From assembly GCF_006345805.1 (NCBI RefSeq), contig NC_043004.1:52886001-52950000 (forward strand): a DNA stretch of 64,000 nucleotides. Direction: 5' to 3'. Shown here one piece after another: positions 14,785-33,790 of the stretch. The notes below the pieces were generated by a model. The model saw only the letters and a program-made list of their open reading frames with translations. It made no database searches and had not been told where the DNA came from. Position 1 is the stretch's first letter. Each line of letters opens with the position of its first letter. The DNA comes from Octopus sinensis (Eukaryota). A program made the position numbers and the translations under genes.

Positions 14785-15128
14785 TGCGTGGCATCTTGGG
14801 CAAGTGTCTTCTGCTATAGCCCCGGGCCGACCAATACCTTGTGAGTGGATTTGGTAGACGGAAACTGGAAGACGCCTGTCGTATATATGTATATATATGT
14901 ATATGTGTGTGTTTGTGTGTCTGTGTTTGTCCCCCTAGCATTGCTTGACAACCGATGCTGGTGTGTTTATGTCCCCGTCACTTAGCGGTTCGGGAAAAGA
15001 GACCGATAAAATAAGTACTGGGCTTACAAAGAATAAGTCCAGGGGTCGATTTGCTCGACTAAAAGCGGTGCTCCAGCATGGCCGCAGTCAAATGACTGAA
15101 ACAAGTAAAAGAGTAAAAGAGTAAAGAG
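14785..15128 (+). mobile_element. tRNA-derived CORE-like SINE family A, 5'-truncated
   Basis: CTTGGGCAAGTGTCTT motif, internal (TA)n(TG)n tract and (GAGTAAAA)n tail; homologous to the 16021, 40554 and 48847 copies. Confidence 0.9.
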
Positions 15129-15162
15129 TGTAATTTATGTAAATATAAATATATATAAATGT

Positions 15163-15367
15163 GAGTGGCTGTGTGGTAAGTAGCTGGCTTACAAACCACG
15201 TGGTTCTGGGTTTCGCCCCAACATCGCTTGACAATCAATGCTAGAGTGTTTACTAGGCTTACAAAGAATAAGTCCTGTGGTCGATTTGATCGACTAAAAG
15301 CAATGCTCCAGCATGTCCGCAGCCAAATGACTGAAACAAATAAAAGAACAAATGAAGAATAAAAGAA
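15163..15367 (+). mobile_element. SINE family A, internally deleted
   Basis: Head GAGTGGCTGTGTGGTAAGTAG joined to the family 3' part (GCTCCAGCATG..GACTGAAACAA). Confidence 0.8.
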
Positions 15368-15391
15368 TTATATATATATATAATGTGGGTA

Positions 15392-15620
15392 TGCATTTGG
15401 GTATGATTAGTATAATTTTGGTAGTAATGACTTATGTCCCTCTTAGTGTGAGGCATTTATGTGTAATAATGCCCTCTATACAATATAGATATAATTAATT
15501 TGTTCAAAAGAAAAAAATTATTTTCGAATTCTTTTCTTTTATGAGGTTTTCACGCTAGCTTCCTGATAATTTCTTGTTAAGATCCCTTATTAAGAGATTA
15601 TCCTTAATTGTTAAACTTAT
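15392..15620 (+). repeat. Partial copy of the hammerhead-bearing ~480-nt repeat (hammerhead segment absent)
   Basis: Aligns to 63808-64000. It then continues TTATTAAGAG-ATTATCCTTAATTGTTAAAC, the sequence found at 63533, i.e. the start of the forward copy. Confidence 0.9.
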
Positions 15621-15652
<32 letters not shown>

Positions 15653-16020
15653 AAATAGTAAAAAGTGAAAAAACTACAGAAGGCTTGTTTTAAAAGGTTA
15701 AAAAATGTATTTGAGTCATTATGTCAGAAGAATGTTATAAAATTATTTTCATACAGTGACATATATATATGCATACATTCACGTATACACCCATACCTAC
15801 ACATATATTATATATGAGCCTGCTGAGAGATCTAATTTTATACTTACAAGAATTTAGTATGTATTCTGATAGTTATCTTCTCATCCTTGTAAAGCCTTAA
15901 ATAGACTGTTTCAATTTTATAAGAATTTTTAGATGAATTTTACCTAATTGTACAGTACTTTTAAGCGTTTGAAGTGAAATGTTACAGAACAACCCTCAAA
16001 CATGTTTACATATATATATA

Positions 16021-16410
16021 GGCGCAGGAGTGGCTGTATGGTAGTAGCTTGCTAACCAACCACATGGTTCCGGGTTCAGTCCCACTGCGTGGCACCTTGG
16101 GCAAGTGTCTTCTGCTATAGCCTCGGGCCGACCAAAGCCTTGTGAGTGGATTTGGTAGACGGAAACTGAAAGAAGCCTGTCGTATATATGCATATATATA
16201 TATGTGTATGTGTGTGTTTGTGTGTCTGTGTTTGTCCCCCTAGCATTGCTTGACAACCGATGCTGGTGTGTTTACGTCCCCGTTACTTAGCGGTTCGGCA
16301 AAAGACACCGATAGAATAAGTACTGGGTTTACAAAGAATAAGTCCCGTGGTCGATTTGCTCGATTAAAGGCGGTGCTCCAGCAAGGCCGCAGTTAAATGA
16401 CTGAAACAAG

Positions 16411-16414
<4 letters not shown>
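16021..16414 (+). mobile_element. SINE family A, full length
   Basis: A-box TGGCTGTATGG, B-box GGTTCAGTCCC, CORE-like CCTTGGGCAAGTGTCTT, internal microsatellite and GACTGAAACAAGTAAA tail. Confidence 0.92.
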
Positions 16415-16469
<55 letters not shown>

Positions 16470-16875
16470 GGTCTGTAGATTCTGCGTATTTGCAACAATT
16501 CTCAGTTTGACATTGTCATTCTGAAAGTGGATTTTCTGACGGTACAGGCAAATGCTTTTGAATGCCTAACTACACCATATTACATGAAGTACGTAGCTCT
16601 GCTTCCCTTACCTCTGAACTACTCATCCATCAAGATTCTGCTGATGTTTTTATGACACAAATCTTCTTTTGTTCAGTAAAGAAAACCTGTACCTCAATTC
16701 TTTTTTATTTTCGGTTATTCGCAGATCAAAATAATTACTAAACGATTCCCGAACACAGCCTTCACAATCTACTTATTTCTCGTGTGTATATTTTAGATTT
16801 TGAAATTCTTCAGTGTGTTGGGTATGATGTATGGGTAATTTACCTGATAATTCTAGAAGGCTGACTGACCACACA

Positions 16876-16938
<63 letters not shown>

Positions 16939-18030
16939 TCTCTCTTCTCTTTGAGCACCTTAACTATTTCAATAATTGAATTCCATTCAATCATTTAGGT
17001 TATCTTCACTTGCATATACGCATTATCTCTCACACACATAAAACTCACACCCACACACTTAGAAATGCACCTACAAAGGCTCACATAAATATAAAGATGA
17101 CCAAACACTCGCACATGCTTAGAAACATAGACAAGTATGTAACCACGCATGCAGAAACATTATTCACTTTTTCGTATACACAGATAATTAACTTATGCAT
17201 GCACACACAACGTAGCACTTCATGATACGTACTATCGCAGACTTTTACAAACACGTACCCAACATACACACACAGACACACAGAATACATACACACATTA
17301 TATTTCTATTTAAGACAATTGTTTACGATTTTGGTGATGGTAGTGGTGGTAGAGAGGTGTACGAAGAGTTGTGGTGAAGATGATAGAAGAGATGATAGTG
17401 GATGTATGTGCATGGAGACAAGTGGGAAGGTTGGCAAAAGTTGTTGAGAATGGGAAGTAAAGAGAAGAAGAAGAAGAAGAAGAAGAAATTAGGGTGAGGA
17501 TATGTAAGAGGAGGAGGTTAATGAAGACTAGGTCGTCGATCATTTAAAATTGGTTCAATATCGAAATGGAACTTCGATGATAAGTAAGAAAGGGAAGAAA
17601 GAAAAACGAAAAAATTACCGATGTTTGGCAACAATGCATACAACAGCTACAAAAACAATAATATTGGCCACAACAGCAGCAATCGCAATAACTACAACGA
17701 CATAAAGAACATTAACAATAATAACTACAAACAGAACATCAGGCCAAGCAATAACAATAACAACTGGAATAACAATAACAATAACAATAACAACAACAGA
17801 TCAGCCGGTCATCATTCAACATTGCCAGAATCTCCCGTGATTTCTATTTTATCTGTTTGGAAATGTTTCACCAATATTTTATTGGATGTTTCTTTAAACA
17901 CCCATTTATCCATCAGTCTATACACGCACACACAGGCATGTATTGATGCCGGATGATGCCATACACAAGTAAATACATACACACATACATACATACATAC
18001 ATAACATACATACATACATACATATATATA

Positions 18031-18085
<55 letters not shown>

Positions 18086-18269
18086 GACACACACATAGAT
18101 ATATATATAAAGAGAGAGAGAGAGAAAGAAGTGAGAGACAGAAAAAGAGACATAAATATTCACGCACAGCGATACACAGAGATGAACATAACCCACCAAA
18201 TATACTTTAGTTATGAAAGTAGACCTAATGCAAGGACAGGGTATTTCAACAAACTTCAAAAATTATTCA

Positions 18270-18430
18270 AGTATTGAACTACGAAATCTGCCTGGTGCTA
18301 TACCGTAATGTTTTAGAAATAGCAATGTTACAGCCGACATTGGAGGAACGTATATTGGTGAGATCAAGGGAGACATTAAGCCCCCTGTTAACTTATGCAT
18401 CAAGAGCTATAGAAATATTTTCAAAGGAAA
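18270..18430 (+). pseudogene. Possible degenerate GIY-YIG (Penelope-like) remnant
   Basis: Frameshifted reading GGTYIGE / RETLSPLLTYASRAI resembles YIGET.R.L..R...H...I. Short and heavily degraded. Confidence 0.3.
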
Positions 18431-19083
18431 TTCACGACATCATTGTGTTTCGTACAGAACAACTACCCAGAAAAATCATGAAGATAATCCTTGATATTGG
18501 TTTCAAATTTTGAGAAAAAGGGCCAACAATTTTGGGGAGTGAATAATTCAATTACGTCGACCCTAATAATCAACTGATACTTATTGTATCGCTCCCAAAA
18601 CAGCAAAAATGCAAATATCGACCTTAAGTGACTTTATAATATTAACATCATAATGTGAACATTTTATCAGAACCTCATGTCTCATGTAATATACAACAGC
18701 GTCTTAATTCCTGATGTATTTGCAGTTTCATACCAAAACTGCTTGTCCGACATGACTGCAGGTGAACTAAAAGAATCGGAGAATAATCAGAAACTAAAAC
18801 AAACCCAATAAACTTTGGATATTTAATGATGGGAAAATTTGAACTGAAACGCCATTCTGTTAGTCGACGATAGAGGTTCCGGTTATGCATCGCGTATAAT
18901 GTTTATTGTTTTCAAAACTCCCCTACTGGACATTTTAATGACAACATAAATATGTACATGATTCAACACCCACATTCAAATTCACTCTCGGGCAACTACA
19001 TATCTCTCAATCATTCTCTCATCTATTTCGCTTTCATAACTTCGGTTCTTTTCTAATGTCTCTCTCTCTCTCACACACACACA

Positions 19084-19084
<1 letters not shown>

Positions 19085-19177
<93 letters not shown>

Positions 19178-19242
19178 CTGCTCACACAAACACTCACACA
19201 AACATGTAGAAATGGTAATAGGTAATTACATAGATAGATAGT

Positions 19243-19282
<40 letters not shown>

Positions 19283-19283
19283 G

Positions 19284-19324
<41 letters not shown>

Positions 19325-19393
19325 ATAGATATATTGATAGATAGATAGATAGATAAATGGATAGATAGATAGATATATAGATAGATAGATAGA
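19085..19393. repeat. Convergent (TATC)n and (GATA)n tracts
   Basis: (TATC)n at 19085-19177, a ~55-bp spacer, then imperfect (GATA)n at 19231-19393. The two tracts are mutually complementary. Confidence 0.95.
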
Positions 19394-19711
19394 GGGGCAG
19401 ACCGCCAATTAGAAAGATAGGTGGATAATAAAATGGGAGGGAGAGAGATGTAGATATAGATTTAGATACAAAAACACGCACACGCACGCATAGAGAAGAA
19501 AATATATAACATTTTTAATATAAATACAATAGTAGAACTGACATAAATACACAATACAAAAATCAATATCAATACAACAGATATTATCCCAAGGAAAGTC
19601 ATATTTTTGTCATTTTCATTCCTTCCAATTATAGTGATAGAACGTTGAACAAGTATCTGTCTTGTTATCATATACTCAAGATTTTATAATATATGTATGG
19701 ATATATATATA

Positions 19712-19765
<54 letters not shown>

Positions 19766-19925
19766 ATGTGTGTGGTGTGTGTGTGTGTGTGTTTATCTAA
19801 AAATATACATAGAAAAATCATATGACATAAAGGGATAAGCATGATGTACAGATATACAGATAGAATACTGAAAAACTATATTCGTTATTGTCAAATCAAT
19901 GAAATACATATAATTTGCATGTGTA

Positions 19926-20314
19926 GGCGCAGGCGTGGGTGTGTGTTAAGCAGCTTACCTCCCAATCACATAGATCCAGGTTCAGTCACACTGCGTCGTA
20001 CCTTGGACAACTGTCTTCTACTATAGCCTCGGGACAACCAAAGCCTTGCGTAGACGGAAACTGAAAGAAACACTTCGGATATATATATATATATATACAC
20101 ACACACATATATATATTTGTGTATGTATGTTTGTCCCCGCAGCATTTCATAACAACCGATGTTGGTATGTCTACGTCCCAGAAACATAGCGGTTCAGCAA
20201 TAGGGCTGGACAGAATAAGTACTCGGATTACAAACGATAAGTCCTGGGGTCAACTTCGACTAAAGTTGATACTCCAGTATGGCTGCAGTCAAACTACTGA
20301 AAGAAATAAAAGAA
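19926..20314 (+). mobile_element. SINE family A, diverged
   Basis: GGCGCAGG head, CCTTGGACAACTGTCTTCTACTATAGCCTCGGG, and TAGCGGTTCAGCAA...CTCCAGTATGGCTGCAGTCAAA. Confidence 0.85.
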
Positions 20315-20527
20315 TGTATACATATATATATATAAAGCTAGGTAAATACATATATAGATGGATAGATATCCAATATATATAGTGTTTATCATATAGCGAT
20401 GAGACATGAAATATTGAAATATAGAAAGATGGAAACAATTTGCGTTAGATCTCTACTGGTGAAGTAACATTTTCTTGACCCCCAAAGATAAGACAATACA
20501 CACACACACACACACAAATATATATAT

Positions 20528-20561
<34 letters not shown>

Positions 20562-20824
20562 CTTACATACACATACACACACACAAAACACACACATATG
20601 TATATACATATATAATGCACATGCTATAGCGATCATGGAAATGATATATCAATATCTAGACACATATAGATATATAGAAATAATAACGCGAAAATGTAAT
20701 ATTTATTTTATCTTAGTGAAGCTATCTATTTTACTCTTTTACTTGTTTCAGTCATTTGACTGTGGCCATGCTGTAGATAAATGCAAAGATAAACACACAC
20801 GTGTACACACACATACATGTGCGA

Positions 20825-20897
<73 letters not shown>

Positions 20898-21094
20898 TGA
20901 AATGTATACACACGCACGCCTCTGTATCTATCTGTCAATCCATTTTTATGTATGTGTGTATGTATGTATGTATGTATGTATATATGTATGTATGTATCTA
21001 TATATCTATCTTCTTACTCTCTCTCTCTCTATATATATATATATGTCTATCTGTCTATCTATAGAGAAAAGATAATGTTATATGCTCGAGTCAT

Positions 21095-21310
21095 AACAAG
21101 ACGAGTTCCGGTTTCATGGTGTTTATGTTCCCCACCTGGACGGGATGCCTGTTTGACGCAGGATTACTCATTTGTGCCAGCTGAGTGGACTGGATCAAAG
21201 TTAAATGAAGTGTTTACTGAAGAACACAACGTGTCGCCCGGTCTAGGAATCGAAACCTCAATCTTACGTACATGAGTCCAACAGGCGAACCACTAAGCCA
21301 CGCCCCTCCA
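21095..21310 (-). mobile_element. tRNA-derived SINE (family C-like head)
   Basis: Reverse complement begins TGGAGGGGCGTGGCTTAGTGGTT (A-box) and has GGTTTCGATTCCTAGACCGGGCG (B-box). Confidence 0.75.
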
Positions 21311-21349
21311 TATGTATCTATCTATCTATCAACTTATATACATACATTC

Positions 21350-21403
<54 letters not shown>

Positions 21404-23008
21404 CTCTTTGTGTATGAATGTGTGTGCTTGTGTGTCTGTCTGTCTGTGTTTGTGTGTGTCTAGTGTGAGTGTATGTGTTGTGAACACGATCAATGTATCA
21501 ATCTGTGTCAGCTTTAGGACGCGCCATCCTCTAATACAGCAACTATATCAGCATAAATGTTGTTGGGAACTAAACCCTTTTCTCTGTAGGTACCACGATG
21601 TCAAATTTTGTTAATTTTCAGGTGAAGCCGCTACTAGTTACTTTTGAAGTCTTCTTTCAACACTAACTTTGCCTGGAAAAAAGGAAAACAGTTATTAATA
21701 GGAAGAATTGAGAACTCTAGTATAATTTCTTCATAGACAGCCTATGATTTTCTCAGCCTATCCTTGTAGTGATATTACTTCTGTCTTTGCATTCGACGAA
21801 ATAAGTATCAGTTGTGAGCTGGGGTCGATGAAATCGACTGGACCCATCTCCAAAAATTCCAGGTCTTGTACGTATAACAACGAGAAATATAGCAGATAAC
21901 AATTCAGTGTTAAATTTAGAAATATTATCCATACCATGTCAATGTAAAATACTTCTGTCAGCCAGAAAATGGGAAAAGTCTAAATGAACAGGACACAAGA
22001 GAAAAAGTATTTAATTATATTAAACAACTAAATTAAATGAAAATAGTAACATAAAGTCACCGTATTGTTCTCAACGTGGACAGAATATCTGCATCTCATC
22101 TCCAGGAATAGACTTGCATCAATATTCTGGCTTCGTTTTGTTGGCTATGACAAGATTTGTAATACACATTTATAGGTTTATTTCCGGGCTTCTTATTTGT
22201 CGTTCAGATATATCTCAGATTTCACTGATGTCGTTAAAACTAGTATATTTCGGGTCTGTTGAGATCCCATTATTTTCCACCATTTTCATACGCTTTAGAT
22301 TTTTCAACACTTCATCATATGATGATGCATTTTACAGCCTTCACCTAAGCTATGTGTGATAGATCCTCTTTCCGAAGGTTCCTGACATATAATACTTCGT
22401 ATGTTGTCGGCTTGTGTGAAATCCTTTTCTGTAATAATTCTATATTCCAGATGGTGTGATGATTCGTAAGTAAAATTTGCACTTGGTCTCATATAGAATG
22501 ACTACTATTTTGCAGAATCTACTGAGTGGTCCCTGAATGCATTGATTTCAACACCTCTTACTCCTAACAACATTGTTTCCTTCTAGGTAAACTGATTGAT
22601 CAAGTAAGATTTCACAAATAACTAGTAGCGACTTCACTTGAAAATCGGCATAAATTTACATCGCGGTATTACCAAGTACCTACAAAAAAAGAGTTTAGCA
22701 CTAAAGTACATCAATTGTTGCTACATTAGGAGATGACACACCACCTTTAAACATGGGTATTGAAACTCCTGACCTATTATCTCTTTCCTGTCAGAGAGGT
22801 GTAGCGATGATAACATTAAGAGTGAGCATGTGGAATAAACTCCTACATCTATGATTAATGTGGAATAACCTATCCCAGAAAGCTACACAGAACTCTGTGG
22901 ATCAATTTCACATTATAAAATTTCTACTTCAATAATCCTGAACGACTTTCTTATGAATAAATTATTTATACAGGTTTTAACATTTTAAATTATTTATACA
23001 GGTTTTAA

Positions 23009-24870
<1,862 letters not shown>

Positions 24871-24895
24871 TAGGTAGATATATAGACATAGATAT

Positions 24896-24946
<51 letters not shown>

Positions 24947-26083
24947 GAACGTCAGAGAGTTACATCGATAATAGATAAACAGAAACGTATACATATATGC
25001 GTCTTTCTCTGATATAGCTTGACATCCGGTGTTGGTTTGCATATTTTTCTGTAACATAGCGGTACTTTGCCTCTGCGACATTAGTTTCTAGTAACAGATA
25101 CGAATTATACAAGCGCAGGTTACTGTCGCGAGTAACTCCAATATATCGGACAGTAATTACGCTACGCTCGTCGTTGTTTTGTAGAGTATCAGCCCATTAG
25201 CGACAGCGGGCTATACGCGTATGTGATCAAATTCGATGGTGATGGGTTGCAATGTTTGGAAGAATATGGATGGATTGTATTCTATACGGGCGCTGGGAGT
25301 AAATACTCTGACATTGTGTATGGAACAGCTAGACCTGTGGTTGTATATCTAGATTGTTAGTTACTATTAACTTGATGTTCATTAACCAGACGTACCTCTC
25401 ATGGCAACATTAAGATAGTTCATTCTTTCAAGTAATGTATGCATGAGGTTTGTAAAAAATGTGTCGTCTTTCGCCGAGTCAGATTTAGCAATTTCATGAT
25501 ATTCCATTTAGTGCTGGTGAACTCATTCTAAATGTCGGAAAGCCTCTCAGGGAGGAAAATACCTTTTGGCGTTTTTACAGCATTAATATCAGGTGAACTA
25601 AACTGACCAAGAAAGCTTTTCTTCAAAAAGGATAATGAGGTTGGCCCAAATCTTTTACACTTCCTAATATCTGTAGACATGGACGTGTCTTAGAAGTCCA
25701 GGAACCACTATATTATGTAACGTTGAAGTCCCCACCCAAAGCCTAAACAGTTATCTCCCTTACAGATAACAATGACAATAATAACAACCAATTACCTCCA
25801 TTTACTTATCAACTTGTAAAATCATTCACTCGTGAATCTCATTATAAACAACATTGACCCATTTTCATCTTAAGAAAAAATATATTTTCATATAAATTGA
25901 ACATTGTATCATGAATAGCGATTGCGAAACCGGTTGATACATTAAAAATTATACTGTAACCATGTAAGTGTGTTTATTTTCCGTTTTTATTTTTCTTATA
26001 TACATTACAATCCACCACGTGGGGACAACCGAAATTCCTCTTTTCTGTTACTACTACTACTACTATTACTACTACTACTACTA

Positions 26084-29346
<3,263 letters not shown>

Positions 29347-30119
29347 AGAAAGAAATAGGAAAAGAAGGGAAAAAAGAAAAAGAAGAAAAAGAGGGTTCTA
29401 GTTATACAGAAGAATTAGTAGACGGCAAGTCTGGTTTTAATTTACAGGCATCTAGGAACTAGAGGAGAATATTATTCTTTGACCAGTAAAACAGCTAATT
29501 TATTGCTGTTGAAATCAGCTATGAATTTAAAGAGAATCTAAAGAGATAACACAGTCAGGGGTTTAGGGGTCAGATGCTAAAATCAAAAGAAAATACATTA
29601 GGAAAATCTAAGTATAATCTTATCAAAAAGTCATTAAATTTACTTATTTAATTTATCATTTTATTGTCTTAAGGAGTTGCCGTTATTCTTCATACATTGA
29701 CGGACTACAGGTCAAATCTTAGAAGATCATTTACAAGGTGTTAGGGGATTGTCTATCATAATGAAGATAATCATATTATCACCGAGGGGGTAGCCTTATT
29801 TATTTAATTTTGAAATAGAATTATGGGGCTATAGTAACTCATTTATTTTATTAGAGTTATGCTACTAAATTAGATTAAGTTAGGAATTAAAATTAAAATT
29901 ACAATTAAGATTTAAAATTAAGAATTTAAAAATTATGAGTTGAAATGAAATTCAATAAAGCCTCAATTAAGCAGCGTATAAGTACTATTCATTTCCTGTT
30001 CTCAAAAAACTGATGCAGATATAAGGAAAAAGATAACTGTAGTGTGAGAACTCTTAGTTATCTACTTAAAGCAGTGCTATACTAGTAGAAATCAAGTTAT
30101 ATCTATCTATCTAGTACGA

Positions 30120-31680
30120 ATATTCTAATCATTTAATATTTTAAAGTCTTCAATTAGCGTGGACACAAACTTGACCTAGTTCGATATGGTTATTCAATAA
30201 GTTTCTATGTTTTCTATGCTTTAGAATTTCATACGTCTCCATGGAGCATAGTTGGCAACCAACCCTACTATTTTTATACGGAATTGCTCTCCTAACTATT
30301 TCCCAATTAAGGTTATAATTTTTATTATTATTTTGAGTTCCCAGATTTGTTTGAAAGTGTGGTGGTACCAGCTTTATGACGTAATTTAAAAGACGAGATG
30401 TGATTTCTAACTCTGGCTAGAAAATTAATTGTACATCCAATGTAAAGAATTTGTTATTCTCCGTGGATATGGTACATTTATAGATTACATTATTTCCCCA
30501 CATAGACCAGGTGCCGGGCATTTTGATTGTATTCTACACTTACACACAGGAGGAACAACTTCAGGCTTTGGATTATTCTTGGGTAGATGTCTTAGGTTCT
30601 ATTATTTTGATTATCATTTCTATAGTTGGTGCTGATATCTAAAGTATTGTATTATTTATTGATCCTTCAGCTTCATCATTTAGGTCTAAAGTCCTACCAT
30701 GATTCTTATATTATGGGAATGTTACTATTATTGTTAGTCTTTTTATCCGACTGCATATTGTTGTTATAAATATCACTGATATTTTCATTCTCCTTATTTC
30801 TCCATTAGCCTTATATCTATTATTTCTATTATTAACATTATTACTTCTATTAATATCGGCATTGTTATTATTAATATTAATGTTATGTTATTAGTCATTC
30901 TGTGGTTACTAATTTCACCTATGTTTTGATAGTTACTTTGCTGTTTTTATTGTGTGGTAGTATTATTATAATTGCTATTGGTATCATGCTGATATTATTA
31001 TTTTTATTTCTATCTTCCTGGCTAGTTTAATGTTTTATTTTAATCTTAGCTATTAAAGTGGACATATTTGGGAGGGTTGAATAAGAAATCCTAACTGTTT
31101 CCTAGATATAATTTCTATGATATCTATGAGAGATAGGGAAATTTTTTTCAGAATTACTTTGAATTTGTTCTGTATATCCGATTGTATCGCACAGTTGAAA
31201 GGATATTCAGCCATAATATATCTTTTTATGAAATTTAGGGTTGCGTAGAATTACTACTATTCATCTCACCGGAGTTATTGTATTTATTACCATTATTTTT
31301 ATTTTTATTTGTATGCATTAAGGTTTATCTACTTCAATATTATCGAGTTACCTATGTTCTGGTCAATGCTTCTATTGAATGTTGGGCCTGTACGCTAGAT
31401 TAGCGTTTACCATTAATTAATTCTCTTTTATTTCGGGCTTGGTCTGTATTGCTGCTTACGTGATTACTGATAACTTCATTATTAGGAATACGTGAGTTCC
31501 CCTTATCAACGAATGTAATCTTTTGGTTGTATCCAGCCTTAGTTAAAGCCTCATTATAATGCTCAGAATGGGAGTAAATATATCCTTATTGGATGATATT
31601 TTGAAATTCTTAATGAAATATTTCTTACTAAAGATTCATTATATTTGGGGGATGATTTTATAATTATTTACGTAATTCGT
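30120..31680 (-). mobile_element. Penelope-like element remnant: RT C-terminal region, linker and GIY-YIG endonuclease
   Basis: Minus strand with frameshifts reads NHPPNI..ISLRIS..SSNKDIF..HYNEALTKAGY; TVRISYS..PNM; CKCRIQSKCPAPGLCGE..VIYKCTI..IGCTINFLARVRNHISSF...TTLS..IWELK...NWEIVRRAIPY..CQLCSME..LLNNHIEL. The middle contains an AT-rich low-complexity stretch. Confidence 0.85.
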
Positions 31681-31697
31681 GATTTCGCCTTCCTTTC

Positions 31698-31743
<46 letters not shown>

Positions 31744-31745
31744 TA

Positions 31746-31784
<39 letters not shown>

Positions 31785-31869
31785 CTAATGTAGGATAACA
31801 TCTTTTTCGAAAATTTTTTTATCAATGGCCAGCATATCAAAAAATAACTTTAAAGGTTAAATTTATAAA

Positions 31870-32016
31870 TAACTTATAAAATAAGGGCAAAAGAAAATTT
31901 CTAATGCCAAATATGCCGAAAAAAAGACAAAATTGTCAATAACCATTGACAATTTTTTTCTTTTTTTCGGCATATTTGGCATTAGAATTTTTCTTTTGCC
32001 CTTATTTTATAAGTTA
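31870..32016. repeat. Long near-perfect hairpin (71/72-nt arms, 4-nt loop)
   Basis: 31870-31940 is the reverse complement of 31945-32016 apart from two mismatches and one indel; loop AACC. Confidence 0.95.
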
Positions 32017-32583
32017 TATATATACGTATATATAATATTATGCCAGTGTATATGTCTTCGGGCGAGGGAAAAATGTAAAATTGGCTATATCTTGGTTTAT
32101 ATGCCACGAGAGTGACCAAATATGTATGTCAAACGCAGAGCCTTAAAGCCACTTCTAAAGACACATAGATAACCCACCAGCAGCTTATACTCAGTTCATT
32201 ATTTTTGCAGACCAGTTTATCTATGATGTATGCGGCAAAGACTACGAGAGCCGCTCCGGATTCCTGTGACATTTGAAACCCCAAAATGATCGTTCACCTG
32301 AGAGGACTAACTGCTTAGCCAAAAATATGGACGTAGTTTACAGACATTGCGAAAACTCTGTAAGTCTCTAATAAGTTTCGTGACTCATTATCGATCTCAA
32401 GTTCGGAGGAACTATCAGTTTAAGTCAACTTTTCAGCGAAGGAGTAGAGAGCCATCATTTGTGAATACTCGGGCATAAAATTTAGTCGTATAAGAATTGC
32501 TGCTATTATATTTAATTAAGGAAACTAATACAGATTGCATACCGCCCCCACAGCAAAATCATACACGCTCATATATATATGTA

Positions 32584-32629
<46 letters not shown>

Positions 32630-33254
32630 ATACAAGCACACACATACACACACATATATATATATATACAGACACACACACGCACGCACACGCACGCACA
32701 CACATATATATATACACACAAGCAAAGTCATACACATATACACTCGTAAACCGCATATATATATATATATGTAAGTCAATGATGAATACTCAAATCGAAA
32801 GCTATTAAGCTGATAGGAGGATAAAGAGATAATAGAGGACTTATTTATACAATGTGTCAAGATAAAAGAATTATTGAATTAAATTTACTTGATCAGAAAA
32901 AATGTTAATGCGATTTTAAAATATCTGAAAGAATCAAGTCTTAAGGTAGTATTATGCTAAAATATGTGGGGCTGAACGCACATTGTGCTTGTGATTTAAC
33001 GACCCTACGTTCTTTAAGACGCTAACTCGCTAAAAGTGATATATAAGTACATTTAACTGTTTATTATATGTATATAAATATAAGGATTTTTAAAACATTG
33101 TTATGAATACATACTGTTATGGCGTTGGTATACACGTCTACTGTAAAATGGTATTACACAAATTGTGTTCGTCGTTATTTAAAATCACAGAAATATATAT
33201 TAACACAGAACGCACTCCGTACTACCTGAACGTAGGTACGATATTCAGTGTTCA

Positions 33255-33790
33255 CTGTTCAACTACTGACTATCCGTTCTCTGCCTATCCTTACTCTTGA
33301 CACTCGTTTGCCACAATAAGTTGGCAGAAGTATCGCTTCCTGTTCGTTAGCGAACTTCACCTCCACTATGCTGTATTTTCTCTCTCTCTCGTGTAGAATG
33401 TTGTGAGGATTTTCATTTCCTTTAAACAATCCTCTATGGCTCATACTGTGGCTATTTCTATTTTTTGTTGTTTTTTTGTTGACGCGGAGAGAGTTCTGTA
33501 GATAATTGTTCGCTTTGTTACGCTAGATGTTAATTCTTCCGGCGGAGTCAACCTAAAACTGGTTCCTTCCCTCTCAATTCACTTGTTGTATTCTTTTAGT
33601 TTCTTTGTCTCAATTTTCACTTTTCGAACTTCTAATGCGTTCTTAGGTAAAACTCTTCCAGTAGATGAAGCTTAACTGCCGGCTAGAACTGGTTCGTACT
33701 CCGTTCCTCCTTTTTTTCAACTTCAACCATAAATGGGTAAGAAAGCAAATACAAAATCACACACCCGTAGTTTAAAAAAAAAGGGGGGGG
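33255..33790 (-). pseudogene. Probable LINE ORF1 (gag-like) remnant
   Basis: Reads TKRTIIYRTLS...IEDCL / YSIVEVKFANEQEAILLPTYCGKRVSRVRIGR. I recall similar ORF1 text in molluscan L1/Tx1-like LINEs; not verified by search. Confidence 0.4.
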
